From the NCBI RefSeq assembly GCF_009914755.1, contig NC_060937.1: DNA of 64,000 bases, one strand, 5' to 3'. This document shows positions 15,795-32,116 of the stretch, in pieces (the stretch's first letter is position 1; the number at the start of each line of letters is the position of its first letter). Source of the stretch: the human T2T-CHM13v2.0 reference genome, Homo sapiens. The position numbers were made by a program, and so were the translations under genes. The notes under the pieces are model-generated. The model worked only from the letters and a program-made list of their open reading frames with translations, ran no database searches and was not told the origin of the DNA.

Positions 15795-16085
15795 CATTTA
15801 TTAAGATATACTTGACAAATAAAACTTATATATATTAATGGTGTACAATGTGATGTTGTGATATATGTATACGCTGTAAAATGATTAAATTAAGCTAATC
15901 AACATATCCATCACTTCACATACTTAACTTTTGGGGGATGGAGAACATTTAAAATCTTCTTCCTTAGCAGTTTTCAGGTATACAATGCATTATTATTAAC
16001 TGTAGTCACCTTGCTGTACAACAGACCTCCAGAACTTATTCATCCTAACTGAAACTTTGCATCTTTTGACCAACATCTCCTCATT
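15795..16085 (-). mobile_element. L1MA (L1MA8/9-like) 3' end
   Basis: ttgacaaataaaac...gtgtacaatgtgatg...aacatatccatcacttcacat...tattaactgtagtcacc...ccagaacttattcatcctaactgaaactttg. Confidence 0.8.
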
Positions 16086-17517
16086 ATAGCTTTTGATGCT
16101 ATTGTAAATTATAGCCATTATGAAACTATATTTCTAACTATTTATTACTGCTGTATGGGAATGTGACTGGTTTTGCATATGTTTATAAGGAAAAAACCCT
16201 TAAGCCATCATCTTTCTAAGGAAATAATTTAGTTGTAAAATTTTTGTGTGTTTTTGATGTTTATGGTCATATCATTTTCAAATAAGAATGACTACGTTTT
16301 CATCCTTTCCAAATGTTATAAATTTCAGCTTTCTTGCTGTGCTATTCTGGCTAGGACATCTAGCTTAGTGTTGAATGGAAATAATGAAGCTAGGCATATT
16401 GATTTTTCCCTGGAAACGTTTTCAATGTTATAAAATTAAATATGTTTACTGTAAAGCTTTTTTGCTCTGTAGATATCAATTGTTAAGCTATGCTTGGTTT
16501 GCTAAAACTGAATGTTGACTTTTCATGTATTCCTTTTTGTGTCTGTCAAAAATCATCATTTGATTAGTCTCTTTTAATCTGTTAATGTAGTGAATTACAT
16601 TATTTTCTAACCATGCATTCCTGAAAGCAACCTAATTTTGTCACCGTATTCTATCTTATTTATGCATTGCGAAATTTAATTTATTAATATAGAGTTTGGA
16701 TTATTACATCTGTGTTAATTGAGGAGTTGGGTAGAAATTCCTTTTTTTCTGCACGCAGGAATAGTTTGTGTAAGACTGGAATTATTTGTTGTTTGAATAT
16801 TTACTAGAATTCACTAGTATAACCAACTGGGCCTGGTGTGTTCTTTTCCGAAAGGAATTACGTAATAATTTAATTTATTTAATCATTAAATAATTGCTCA
16901 GGCTTTTTGTTGTTTCTTGAATCCATTTTGGAAAATTGTATAAATTTCAATTTCTTTTCAAATTTAATGGCACCGTTTCTATAATATTGCTATTTTTTGC
17001 AGCATGTGTGCTTAAACCACTTTTTTGTTGCTGACAGTATTTACTGTGCCTCCTTCATTTTCTCTAGTTCAGCCTTGCACTAGTTTGTGAATTTTATTAT
17101 TCCTTTAAACAACAAACATTTGGCTTTATTGATCCTTCTTTTTCTTGTATGTTTATCTTCTATCTCATTAACTTCTGTTTTCTCCTTATTACTTATTTCC
17201 TTATCTTGCACTGGGTTTAGTCTAAATCTAATCTATATTTTCCCCATCTCTTGAATAACATGAGAATCTGAACACATCAGCTCAATCACCTCCAGCTGGC
17301 TGTGTGATATTTTTGTTCTGTATATTAGCTCTATTTTGCACCCCTCACCCAAAGACATTATTAAGTTTTTAAATATATATTTGCTTCTACATCTGTTGGC
17401 TGCCCAGAGCCTCCACCTCTGATCACTTTCTTTTGGCCAAAGTGTATCTTTAGAATGTCTTTTAGTGAATATCTGTTGGTCAAACACTTGTTTCATTTAT
17501 TTTCTTTTGTATAAAAA

Positions 17518-19080
17518 TGTTATGGGATCTTTGGGGGTGTCGCTTTTCTGGCCAGAAACCTCGGTGGCTGGTGGCACCTTTGCCTGAGTTTTGCCTGGGG
17601 CCACTGGGCTCATTAGGCCCACTTGGCCTAGCAGGCTGTGCTCAGCTTATGCTACCAGCCTGGATATCATGCCTCCAAGGGTGAGACAGGCATGGAGCAG
17701 CAAGGGGTATGTGAGCAAGCATGTGTTCCAGCCACTGCTGAGACAAGCCTGCTGCTGCTACAGGGTGGGCAGCACCAGGTGCCAGCATGGGCGCTGGCTC
17801 TCCCCAATGCTGTGGCTGAACCAGGCACACCACAAGCACCTTCCCCAGCTGGCACTGAGGAATGCAGTAGCACCTAGAAGCTTTGAGACTTCCCAAACCA
17901 CAGGGCCCCAAAGAGGGAGTCACAGTCCTGGCTTGGGGAGCTCCCAGGTCTGGGGTCCCTGAAGGGCTACAGCTCTTCTCTCCTTTCCTTCACCCAAGAT
18001 GTGGCCAGCAAGGAGCATGATTCAGCCCTTTTTGTGTTACAGCTCTTTTAGCCTTGCCATTTAGCAGGTGCTGAGCTCTTGTCCTACATCCAGGAAGAAT
18101 GAGGTATGCATACAAGCAGAGGATGAGCAAGATGAAGAGGAGCTTTAGTGAGTGATAGAACAACTCATGGGAGACCCACAGTGGGCCCCTCCTTTCCATA
18201 CCCAAGGTGTCCTGATAAGTGCTCAGCTCCTTGCAGAAAGGAGACCCTGGAGTGGGAAGCTCCTCTACAGGCAGGTCATCCCACTGAGCATTCAGCTTTC
18301 AGCAGAGAAGAGGCCCTAGAATGGGTAGCTGCTCTCTGCAGGCAGGTCATCCGGTCATCTCTGCAGCTCTTGGCAGAGAGGAGGCCCTGGAGTGGGTGAC
18401 TGCTCTTTGCTGGCAGGTCGTCTGGTTGTCTCCCTGTTGTCTTTTGTCCTCTCTTCAAGTCTGGCTGAGTCTGGGGTTTTTATGGGCCTCAGAGGGGAGG
18501 AAGTACGTGCTGATTGCCCATGGGTGGCCATGGGTGGGCCCGGGGAAAAGCACCACAAGTTCTTCCTCCAGATGGTGGGATTGGAGGCCAAGCCCCCAGG
18601 TTTCAGGCCCTTTCCGTCTTGAAGGTGGGTCTTCACGAGGGACCCATTCCATTCTGTCTGGTAGCATGTCTGCCTACTGCTGCTGTTCATGGCGCCCAGG
18701 CTGTTCATGCCAAGGGCCACCTGCAGACCAGTGCTGGGCTGTCCTCAGCACCCACTTGGCCTAAGTCTGGTGGGGCTAAGACAGCAGGGGACTGGCATGT
18801 TGGCACTGCCCCAAGTGTGTGCACACCTGGCCTGACTGCGACAGCACCTGGGCTCAGCCCTGACTTTGTTCTGAGATTGGAGCCTTCAGTGGGAGCAGGC
18901 ACTTCTGAGCCTGCGGGGGTAGGAGGGGGACTTCCAAGGCCCCCAAAAGCACAGAGGTGCCCGGGGCTGGAGCTGTAGCAGGCTCCAGCCATACTCACAG
19001 AGCTCCTACCCTGCCATCTCAGAAGGAGTGGGGCTCCTGCTTGTCCTCACAGAGCATGCAGTCCTGGCTGCACACCCTTG
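17518..19080 (-). mobile_element. MER52-like (ERV1/MER4 group) long GC-rich LTR, 5' end apparently missing
   Basis: Terminus tgttatgggatctttgggggtgtcgcttttctggccagaaacctc, then ccaggaagaatgaggtatgca...gagcaagatgaagaggagcttta. Three roughly 69-bp internal repeats lie at about 18230-18425. Confidence 0.8.
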
Positions 19081-19084
19081 CAAT

Positions 19085-19443
19085 AATAGTCCAGAACAAA
19101 AAGTGAAATAGTCTTTGAAGATAAAGATAGTGTCTCTTTCTAGAGCAAAAGGAAACATTCTTACTGCCAATTATGAAATAAAAGATTCAGGTTCTCTAAA
19201 CTCAGGGTTCTTCTCCTATAAAGCAAACCACTGTGCGTGCAGGTGCTCTCTGACCCACTGTATACTGTCTTGTGGGAATTGGTGCACAGAGACCCAGTGC
19301 AAAAATGATGAGCTCTAGTTACTCTTATTTCTATGAATTATAAACTATTTTCCAACTCTGACTCAGGATATTGTACCAATATCCAAGAAATTGCTAGTTG
19401 GCAAGCAGGGTAAAATTTCATATATTTCACAGTTCTTAGTACA
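19085..19443 (+). mobile_element. LTR47-like (ERVL) LTR, 3' part
   Basis: gaagataaagatagtgtctctttctagagcaaaagg...aagattcaggttctctaaactcagggtt...gcaagcagggtaaaatttca...ttcacagttctt. Confidence 0.65.
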
Positions 19444-20502
19444 TAAGTCCTGAATAAATGGACCAAATATATAAACCAACCATTTATATTCCCTATTCAT
19501 GAGTTATGAGAGTACACTAAATTGTAAAATAATTAACATGATATAAGTAAAAAAGCAAATGCCCAGATGAAATCATAACTATTGAGTAGTTTATTGTGAG
19601 GGAGTTGTTAAATAATTTTTATGTATTTTTAAATGCAAGGCAGTAATGTATATATTTATTTTATTTTTTATTTTTACCATATATTTCTTAAGTGTAAGGT
19701 GCATCTTATGGATTATCTTATAACCCGGATCTCAAATATGATTCTGGTGATTTACAAAAGCAGGTCCAGGAAGCCTGCATCCCACTTCTACTTTTCAGTG
19801 CCACACCTGAGGTCTCACTCTGGCCCCAAGGTTTCTCAGGTGCCACTGCCTGGATTGTCTGAAAGAACCCAGTGTACAGATATCTCAGAAGTGGAAAGAA
19901 GATAACCTCCTTTGGGCCAAGCTAAACACTGTGGGCACTGGAAATCAATGTCTAAAACCTTCTCCCTTTCATTCCTTAGGTGTTTGTTTATTATATAACA
20001 AAACTGTTGCCTGCAGAAGAGGTCTATTTAATGATACTCCTTGTAATATACATGAACTTTTCCAAATTACCTTTAACATACATTAACTTTTTACTCTTCT
20101 GTTATTCAGCTCTGTTTTCCAGAAACATGTTATCACATAAGGTATCTTATAAACTCTTCTGACGGGTTCTGCTTAGTGGGGGTTAGACACACAGGAAAAG
20201 ATCAGTATATTCACATTCACATATTCTTCAGATGCCTATGTTACAATATCCATTATGAGTAACACATAAATGAATGGCAAGTTTTAATGCAAAGGGGTAA
20301 ATGTGCAACATAGGTGTCTGTAAGACCTATTATAATGATATTCAGCAGTTGAATATTATGACAGAAAAAACAGTTTTGTAGAGAGAAAGTAATGCTCTAT
20401 CTCAAGGAATTTTAACTTCCTGGAATTTCAGAATAAAGGTGGGGTGAAGATAAAAGAAGAAATGGGAATGATGTTATTGTGAGTGGAAACTACACATTTC
20501 CA

Positions 20503-23050
<2,548 letters not shown>

Positions 23051-23078
23051 TATTTATCTTATTATTTAAAAGAAATGA

Positions 23079-23782
<704 letters not shown>

Positions 23783-23786
23783 AAAA

Positions 23787-23796
23787 ATAGATCGAT

Positions 23797-23842
<46 letters not shown>
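23787..23842. repeat. (GATA)n tetranucleotide STR
   Basis: About 11 perfect GATA units preceded by atagatcgat. Confidence 0.95.
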
Positions 23843-25014
23843 GTCACCTGGCCTGTTGCAATGTATTTTCAGTGTTCTAAAGCAACATGGGGAACAGGAG
23901 ATAAGTCAGAAACCTGGCTGTTGACAATTTCGAAATTATTAATACAAAAGAAGAATATATGATCTTATTCATCAGTAGACACAGAATGGCAGTATTTCAG
24001 AATGAGAGTTATTAAAAGAAGTATCTTCGTCACTTAGACATCATCACTAGAAGGTCGCATGTTTTCACTAATAACAAGTAAATTCATATTTATATTCACG
24101 ACTATGTGAGGTATTTTCCACAGTCTCTTCTTGTGTTCATGTGATAAGAGGCAACAATTTAGTATAACAGATTTCCAACTTATTAATGAAGATAGTGGAT
24201 AGCATTAGTTCTTTCAACAAATATATACTGGGGATATACTCAGTGTCATTCTGATAAATGCCAATGTCAACATGGAAAAGAATTCTCTAGGGATATAAAT
24301 CATAGTACATAACATTCTATTTTACTCCCGTTCTTTTAACAGTTTTACTTCTTCATTTGCCCAAATAATAATGGACCCAAAACAACTGAAATAATCCTTT
24401 ACTACAGACCAGGGGTAGCGAGACTAATGTTTATGTTCATTATTATCAAACATTTATAGATATAACGCTCTACCATTAGAGTAGTCTAAAGACACACTTG
24501 TCTCATTAGGTAGTGACTTACCCAGTGCTGGAGGTAGTGAACCATGGTTTAAACAATCATGTTATAGGGATTTACGGGCAGGCTATACAGAATTAGTTGA
24601 ATTTTGAATTCAGTGACTGTATCCTTTTCAGCAGCAGAACTACTTGTTTAAAGGATAATTTTGTGTACTAGCACCTTAATAAATAAACACATAAAAGAGA
24701 ATGGGCTGAGAATGATGGAGCTCACCCATCCTCACCCTTCATTGACTACTCCATCTGAAGGTCTCTAGAGTAAGTGTCTTCTACAGTCCTTTCAGATTTT
24801 TCTGTTCTTAATTACGTGCATCTATTACAAAGGGAGAATTTCAATGACAGAGCTAAAACAAACTGCAAGGAAAGTCATATGAAGTTAGAATTAACCAAAA
24901 AAAAAAAACCTTGAAATGAGTTAATTCAAAGTGTTTAAAATAGCCTGTGGTGGATATTGATGTTATACAGTGCAAATAAGCAATAATTAAAAACATTTGC
25001 AATTCTTTTTAAAA

Positions 25015-25335
25015 AATTAAGAACAGATATTTATATCACAGTTCCAGAGACTGTGAAGTGCAAGACCAAGGCGCCAGTGAGGACTGCACTTGGCTTCCAA
25101 GATGGTGCCTTGAATACTACAACCTCCGAAGGAGATGAATGCTGTTTCCCCACGTGGCAGAAAGTGGAAGGGCAGGAAAAAAATGGACTCCTTTTGTTAA
25201 ACCTTTTTAGGGCACCGAATCCCATTCATGAGGGGAGGAGTCCTCACGACCTAATTACTTCTTAAAAATCTCAGCTCTTAATACTATCACATTGGCAACA
25301 TCTGAATTTCAGAGGAGCAAATTCAAATAATAGTG
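25015..25335 (-). mobile_element. MSTD/MLT1A-like MaLR LTR fragment
   Basis: atttatatcacagttccagagactgtgaagtgcaagaccaaggcgccag...aatcccattcatgagggg...cttaatactatcacattggc. Confidence 0.8.
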
Positions 25336-25559
25336 GCTGAACTCAGATTGTCTGTACAAGAGCAGTGGTGTTTTACTCTTTCCAGTCCTCCAATACAGCA
25401 CATTTCACCACTGTGTAATTAATATACTTTTTAATTAACGAACCCTCTAGTGAAGATTTAGATAACAATATTTAAAGTATTTGCAATGGTCACTTCTGGA
25501 GGGTGGGTTTATGATTGGGTGCTTTAAATGTTATCTAGCTGTCCCTGGAGTATAGATTT

Positions 25560-26358
25560 AATTTAATGTAATTTAATTTTTTTTTTACCTTTAAGTTCAG
25601 GGGTACATGTGCAGGTTTGTTACATATGTAAACTTGTGTCATGGGCATTTACTGTACAGATTATTTCATCACCCAAGTATTAAGCTTAGTACCCATTAGT
25701 TATTTTTTCTGATCCTCTCCTTCCTCCACCCTCTGATAGGCCCCAGTATCTGTTGTTCTGCTGTATGTGTCTATCTGTTTTCATTTAGCCCCCACTAATA
25801 AGTAAGAAGATATGATATTTGGTTCTCTGTTCCTTTGTTAGTTTGCTAAGGATAATGGCCTTGAGCTCTCTCCATGTCCCTGCAAAGGACATGAGCTCAT
25901 TATTTTTTATGGCTGCATAGTATTCCATGGTGTATATGTACCACATTTTCTTTATCTAGTCTATCTTTGATGGGCATTGAGGTTGATTTCATGTCTTTGC
26001 TATTGTGAATAGTGCTGCAATGAACATATGCATGCTTCTGTCTTTATGATAGAACAATTTATATTCCTTTGGATATATACCCAGTAATGCGATTGCTGGG
26101 TCGAATGGTAGCTCTGTTTTTGGGTCTTTAAGGCATCACTTCACTCTTTTCTACAATGGTTGAACTAATTTATACTCCCAGCAACAGTGTATAGGCATTC
26201 CTTTTTCTCTGCAACCTCATCAGCACCTGTTATTTTTTGACTTTTTAATGATAGCCATTCTGACCAATGTGAGATGGTATCTCATTGTGGTTTTGATTTG
26301 CATTTCTCTAACGGTCAGTGATGTTGAAGTTTTTCTCATATGCTTCTTCGCTGCATGT
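25560..26358 (-). mobile_element. 5'-truncated L1PA (L1PA10-13-like)
   Basis: tttaagttcaggggtacatgtgcaggtttgttacat...cagattatttcatcacccaagtattaagcttagtacccattag, then ORF2-end motifs. Confidence 0.9.
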
Positions 26359-26480
26359 AAAACATTTGCAGTTCTATTTTTGTGTCTTGGCTGATGACAA
26401 CCTCAAGGCTAATTTTTTAAAAATCATAGTTTACTTTTTTGAAATGAGAAAAACAGAACATGCCAACCATAAAAAAATAC

Positions 26481-26622
26481 AAAAGTTATACAAATTAGAC
26501 TATAATTGTTAAAAGTTATAATTAAAAGTTATATATATTAAAAGTTATAATTAAAAGTTATATATATAATTAAAAGTTATATAATTAAAAGTTATAATTG
26601 CTAAAAGTTATACAAATTAGAC
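26481..26622. repeat. AT-rich minisatellite-like array (taaaagttata..att)n bracketed by a 20-bp direct repeat
   Basis: aaaagttatacaaattagac occurs at 26481-26500 and 26603-26622, with six aaaagttata units between them. Confidence 0.85.
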
Positions 26623-26674
26623 AATTACCCATTATTCCACCAAGAGATTACAATTTCCCTTCCTGAAAAAAACT

Positions 26675-27123
26675 TGTCATTCAGTTGTGAGGAGTTCAGT
26701 TGACTGACAGCCTCCAGCTGCAGCACTGTAATGATCTGTGACAATGTTTGAGCAAAAGTCCTCTTTTTCCTGGACTATTCCAAAGCCATGAAATGAGCAT
26801 GACAGGACATCTAGGTCCTGGCTGTTTTGGCCATCGGAGGACTCCTCCAAGGAGCAATATTTGGGTTGGCAAGGACTTGTCAGATCTACATAGTAGTTTG
26901 AGACTTTCTTTGTCAAATTCTTCCTTCTCCTCCCCTTATTTTCACAGGTATCAGATATCAGATCTGCACTATGAGCTAAGCCTTTCTCTGCTCAAACTTG
27001 CTACCTCTTATTTAATTTCCATAGGTGTTACACCTACAACATTTCTCCATCAACCTTACATAAACCTCTTGCACACCAACTCTCTCTTAGCTTCAGCTTT
27101 CTAGAAGACTTTAGCTGATGCAC
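26675..27123 (+). mobile_element. LTR16-like (ERVL) LTR
   Basis: tgactgacagcctccagctgc...ttttcacaggtatcag...ataaacctcttgcacaccaactctctcttagcttcagctttctagaagac. Confidence 0.7.
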
Positions 27124-27249
27124 AATTATTACATTTTTATGCTATATTCCTTTATTATTTTACATGCATATTTTATACACTTGAAATTATATACATGTAA
27201 GTTTGTATCCTGTCTTTCAATGTCTAGGTTATTGCAAAAACTTGGTAGT

Positions 27250-29530
27250 TTTTTTTAAATTTTATTTTACTTTAGATTCAGGGTGTACATGTACAGATTT
27301 GTTACATGGATATATTGTATAATGGTGGGGTTTGGGCTTCCAGTGACCATCATCCAAACAGTGACCATTGTAACCAATAGGTAATTTTTCAACACTCACT
27401 TTCCTTCCAACCTCCCCACTTTGGGAGCTCCCAGTGTTTGTTGTTTTCATTTTGATGTCCATGTGTACTCACTGTTTAGCTTCCACTTATAAGTGAGAAC
27501 ATATAGTATTTGATTTCTGTTTCTGAGTTATTTCACTTATGATAATGGCCTCCAGCTGCATTCAAGTTGCTGCAAAAGACGTGATTTTGTTCTTTTTTTT
27601 ATAGCTGTGTAGTATTCTGTGATGTATATATACCACATTTTTTAATCCAAGCAACCACTGATGAACACTTAGGTTGATTCCATGACTTTGCTATTGAATA
27701 GTGCTGCAATAAACATACAAGTGCTGGTATCTTTTTGATAAAATAATTTATTTTCCCTTGGATTGATACCCAGTAGTGGGATTGTTGGGTCACATGGTAG
27801 TTATATTATTAGATCTTTGGGAAATCTCCATACTTTTTTCCATGGAGGTTGTACTAATGTACATTCTCACCAACAGTGTTATAAGCATACCCTTTTCTCC
27901 ACATTCATGCCAACCGCTGTTGCTTTTGACTTTTTAATAATAGCCATTCTGACTGGTGAAAGATGATATCTTATTGTGGTTTAATTTGTATTTATCTGAT
28001 GTTTAAAAAAAGGTTGAGCATTTTCTCATATGTTTGTTGGCCACTTGCATGTCTTCTTTTGAGAAGTGTCTAGTCATGACTTTTGCCCACTTTTTAGTGG
28101 GTTTTGTTTTCTTCTTGTGGAGTTGTTTGAGTTCTTTTTATTAGGTTGGTGTAAAGGTAATTGTGGTTTTTGCCACTACTTTTGCACAAACCTAATAGAA
28201 TCTTGATATGAATTCTCTGGCAGAAGCATAATTTGCAAATGTTTTCTCCCATTCTGTAGGTTGCCTGTTTACTCTACTGATTATTTCTTTCGCTGTGCAG
28301 AAGCTTTTTAGTTTAATTAAGTTACATTTGTCTATTTTTGTTTTTGTTGCATTTGCTTTTGGGGTCTTAGTCATAAATTCTTTGCCTAGGCCAAGGTCCA
28401 GAAGAGTTTTACCTAGGTTTTCTTCTTGGACTTACATCTTTTCAGGTTTTATATTTAAGTCTTTAATTCACCTTGAGTTATTTTTGTTTATGGTGAGAGA
28501 GAGGTGTCCAGTTTCATTTTTCTGCATAGGGCTGCCCTATTTTTCCGGCACCATTTATTGAATAGGAAGTCCTTTCCCCCCGCCCCCTTTTTTTTGGTCA
28601 ACTTTATTGAAGTTCAGTTGGTTGTAAGTATGTGGCTTTATTTATGGGTTCTCTGTTCCATTTCATTGATCTATGTGTCTATTTTAAACAACAGTGCCAG
28701 GTTGTTTTAGTTACTATAGCTTTATAGTATAATTTAAAGTCAGGTAATGTGATGCCTCCAGCTTTGTTCTTTTCACTTAGGATTGCTTTAGCTATTCAGG
28801 TTCTTTTTTAGTTACATATACATTTTAGGATTTTTTTTCTAATTCTGGGAAGAATGATATTGGTAGTTTTGATGAGAATTGAATTGAATCTGTAGATTGC
28901 TTTGGGAAGCATAGTCATTTTAACTACATTGATTCTTTCAACCGATAGGCATGGGATGTTTTTCCACTTGTTGGTGTCATCTGTAAGTTCTTTCATTAGT
29001 GTTTTGTAGTTCTTCTTGTAGAGATATTTCACCTCCTTAGTTAAATATATTCCTAGGTATTTGTGTGTGTAGCTATTGTAAATGGGATTGTTATTGATTT
29101 TGTTCTCATCTTAAATGTTATTGATATATAGAAATCCTACTGATTTTTATACACTGATTTTGTATTCTGAAACTATACTGAAGTTGTTTATCAAGTCTAG
29201 GAGTATTTTGGTGGAGTCTTTCAGGTTTTCTATGTGTAAGATCATGTCATCAGTGAATAGAGATAATTTGACTTCAATGTTTCCAATTTGGATGCCTTTT
29301 ATTTCTTTCTCTTGCCTGATTGCTCTTGCTAGGGCTTCTAGCATTATATTTAATAGGAGTGGTGAGAGTGGACATTCTTGTCTTGTTCCAGTTCTCGGGA
29401 GGAATGCTCCCAGCTTTTGCCAGTTCAGTGTGATGTTGGCTGTGGGTTTGTCATAGATGGCTCTTATCATTTTGAAGTATGTTCCTTCAATACTTAGTTT
29501 ATTGAGGGTTTGTATTATGAAGGGATGTTA
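27250..29530 (-). mobile_element. L1PB/L1PA15-16-like, 2.3-kb 3' portion
   Basis: ORFs 29147-29470 ([10 protein letters not shown]...[15 protein letters not shown]...[10 protein letters not shown], the RT core), 28808-29032, 28192-28374 and 27599-27793 are frameshifted L1 ORF2 pieces. Confidence 0.93.
28141..28195. mobile_element. MADE1 (Hsmar1 MITE), internally deleted, inside the L1
   Basis: ttaggttggtgtaaaggtaattgtggtttttgccactacttttgcacaaacctaa, flanked by TA at 28139-40 and 28196-97. Confidence 0.88.
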
Positions 29531-30464
29531 AAACATACTAAAACTAATATTTCTTTAGTGCACTGTAATTTAAAACATTAGAAACAGTAAGATGACTATT
29601 GTAGTTCTTTGTAAAAATTTATCAAGTATAGTTTGAATAGTGCTTGCCTTCTCCTCATATAAATAATGATGTGAAGCAAATATCTTATTAATGCCTTGGT
29701 GAATTGTCATGCTCCTTTCTAAATCTGGACGAGCTTCCAACACTTTATCCCTTGTACTTTAAATGTTGTGAAATACCTCTGAGAGTTCTTTAATTTTGCT
29801 GGGACATCGCTTATTCTTTTCATCACAACTACTTTCCTTATTTACATTAATAAATTCATCCTAGGTAAATTCTTCTGGCAGCATATCTAGAGTTTCTCCA
29901 ATTGCAGCAGTATCAATGTTCTGATAGTCATCTATTTTTTTCTAAAACTCCATTAGTGTACAATCCAAATTTCACTTCTAACGTTATTACTTTTTGCTTC
30001 TTTGCTGCACTTTCATTTTTCTTGGCCGATTTCCTCTTTCCATTTTCCATTTTTGTAAAATATCATGTGGATTAATTATAGGGAGACAACAAGGCAACAC
30101 AACCAAATGCTTTCTTATCTAAGTAAACAAAATAACAGATGCGTAGTGACCAAACACTGACAGACTTTGAAAGAAGTTCTGTTATTGGTAACTGATCATG
30201 ATGCATATTTGCTATTTATGAAGTGATTTGTAGGCTAAAGAGATAGCGGAAAAGTTTATAACTTATGCAATTACTCACAGGTAATATACCCTGCCAACTT
30301 AATGTGAACTCTGTTATTGGGTGATTTGTGTGATTTAACTAAATCAAGATAATTAAACTCTGTGCATATTGGAACCATGCAAAGAGGGGACTGTTTGTAT
30401 ATAATTAAAACAAGGTATGATAACCACATGCTATGAAGAATTGTACACTATTTAGTCATAAGAG

Positions 30465-30590
30465 AAAATATGCAATGTGAATCAGTTCTAGAGATCTGCT
30501 GTACAACATAATGTCTATGTTTAAAATTCAGTATTGTACACTTAAAAATTTGTTAAGAAGGAAGATCTTATATTGAGTATTTTGACCCCC

Positions 30591-30641
<51 letters not shown>

Positions 30642-30800
30642 ACACAAAAAATCTTTTGGAGGGATGGATATGTTCATAATCTTAATTGTGTGGATGGTAT
30701 CATACATAGGTATATGCATGTGCTGAAACGCATCAGATTGTGTACCTTAAACATGTGGCAGTTTTTTGTTATAGCAATTATACCTCAATAAAATTGTTTG
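30465..30800 (+). mobile_element. L1MA/MB 3' end
   Basis: agttctagagatctgctgtacaacat...ttgtacacttaaaaatttgttaag...attatacctcaataaa. Confidence 0.8.
30592..30639. repeat. (AC)24 microsatellite
   Basis: Perfect dinucleotide run. Confidence 0.97.
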
Positions 30801-30979
30801 AGAGAGAAAGAGAGAGAATACCAATCTTAAATTTATAAAGGGTTTAAAAATGGCCTCCCACAATAATTAATATTAACATTGGGATCCATAAGTAACCAAA
30901 TGAAGAAATAATGTTCCTAACTGAAGAATATTCTTATTGCAGATCACACAATTGAGAAGGAGCATAGCATATATAAGGA

Positions 30980-31760
30980 TTTAAGTTTGATGTGCCTGGA
31001 ATGCAAAGTGGAGAAGGTCAGAAGTCATGAAGGAGATGTATGATGTGTTTTGGATTTTGGATTTTATTCTTCTTGGGAAGTCACTGAAGAATTTTGATGG
31101 AAACATAGTTAACATGGCCCAGTTTTCATTTTAGGGGTATCAATGTGAAGAATAGATTAGAATTGGCAAGGCCAGGCTGTTAAGGAGAAAACTTAGGAAG
31201 TGATTACTGTAATTTAACAGAGAAGAGTCCTGGCCTGAGTGTGTATGCTAATATTAAAAAATGAAAGTAAAAAAATTAATGGTTTCTTTAGAAGATAGAA
31301 CTGTTAGACTGGGCGATGATTAGATATGTGTTAGGGTAGGGAGGCAAGTATGAAGATGGAGAAGCTGTCTAGAATGATATCAAGAGTAAGTTAGTGTCTG
31401 TTGGTGTGGGTCATTGAAATGCCACTGAAAGATCTCAATTTTTAATCCAAGGCAGGGAAGTTGGGGGTGAAGGATGATGAAGTTAACTTTGAAACAATTG
31501 AGTTTGAGTCACTTGTGGCCAATGAAATGGAGACATCCTGAATGGATGTGGCTATTTAGGCTTAAAACTCAGAATCAAGAGCTGTAGGGTTTGAAAGTCC
31601 TTGCACATAGATGATAATTAAAAGCATATAAGTGGATTCAATCTCCCTAGGATTGTGAGAAGAATAATTGTAGTATAGGATTAAGACAGAATGGAACTTA
31701 GTGACACCATAATCTAAGTTGTTGGGGCAATTAGAAGAAGAATCTCTCTGAAGGATGTAT
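30980..31760 (-). mobile_element. L2 fragment
   Basis: tttggattttattct...gggaagtcactgaagaattttg...gttaactttgaaacaattgagtttgag...gagacatcc. Confidence 0.6.
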
Positions 31761-32116
31761 TATGTCTTTCCAAATTATAATGGCTAAATACTAATTTTTC
31801 TTAACAAACAATAATGTCAACAGTTATACCTTAGGAATGATATTTTCATTTATATTGTTCCAAATTTTTTAAGTGGATAACTTCAAATTTCAAATTTTTA
31901 ATTTTTACTTCAGTGCTTCCATCACTTTAAATTCCTCATCATGAAGATGATGTGCTAGAAATAGCAAGAATGTATCTATTTTGCTGTTACACTTATGGCT
32001 TTGCTTTATTAATAAAGCATATGGAAGCTGATTTTAGTTATTAGTAAAATATATGATAAATAAATTGCATGTTTTTCAAGGAACAACACTGTTAGGACCT
32101 TGAAAACGTAATTTTC

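Larger units (their letters stand above)
15000..17510 (-). mobile_element. Ancient L1M ORF2 fragments, with a nested FLAM and L1MA tail
   Basis: tggccatttggattt...gacttttgcccacttttatattg; ttctggctaggacatctagc...gttgaat; agaattcactagtataaccaactgggcctgg. Confidence 0.65.

Noticed and set aside
18230-18425. Three roughly 69-bp tandem units as a CRISPR-like or novel array
   Set aside because: The units are degenerate with no unique spacers, and as I recall such repeats are an intrinsic part of this LTR family.
17591-18998. Dense cluster of overlapping ORFs and a GC-rich island
   Set aside because: It lies wholly within the GC-rich MER52-like LTR. It is CpG-depleted, and the ORFs result from low stop-codon frequency.
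28808-29470. Reverse-transcriptase-like ORFs as a novel retroelement system
   Set aside because: These are ordinary frameshifted L1 ORF2 RT pieces, with FTDD in place of FADD.
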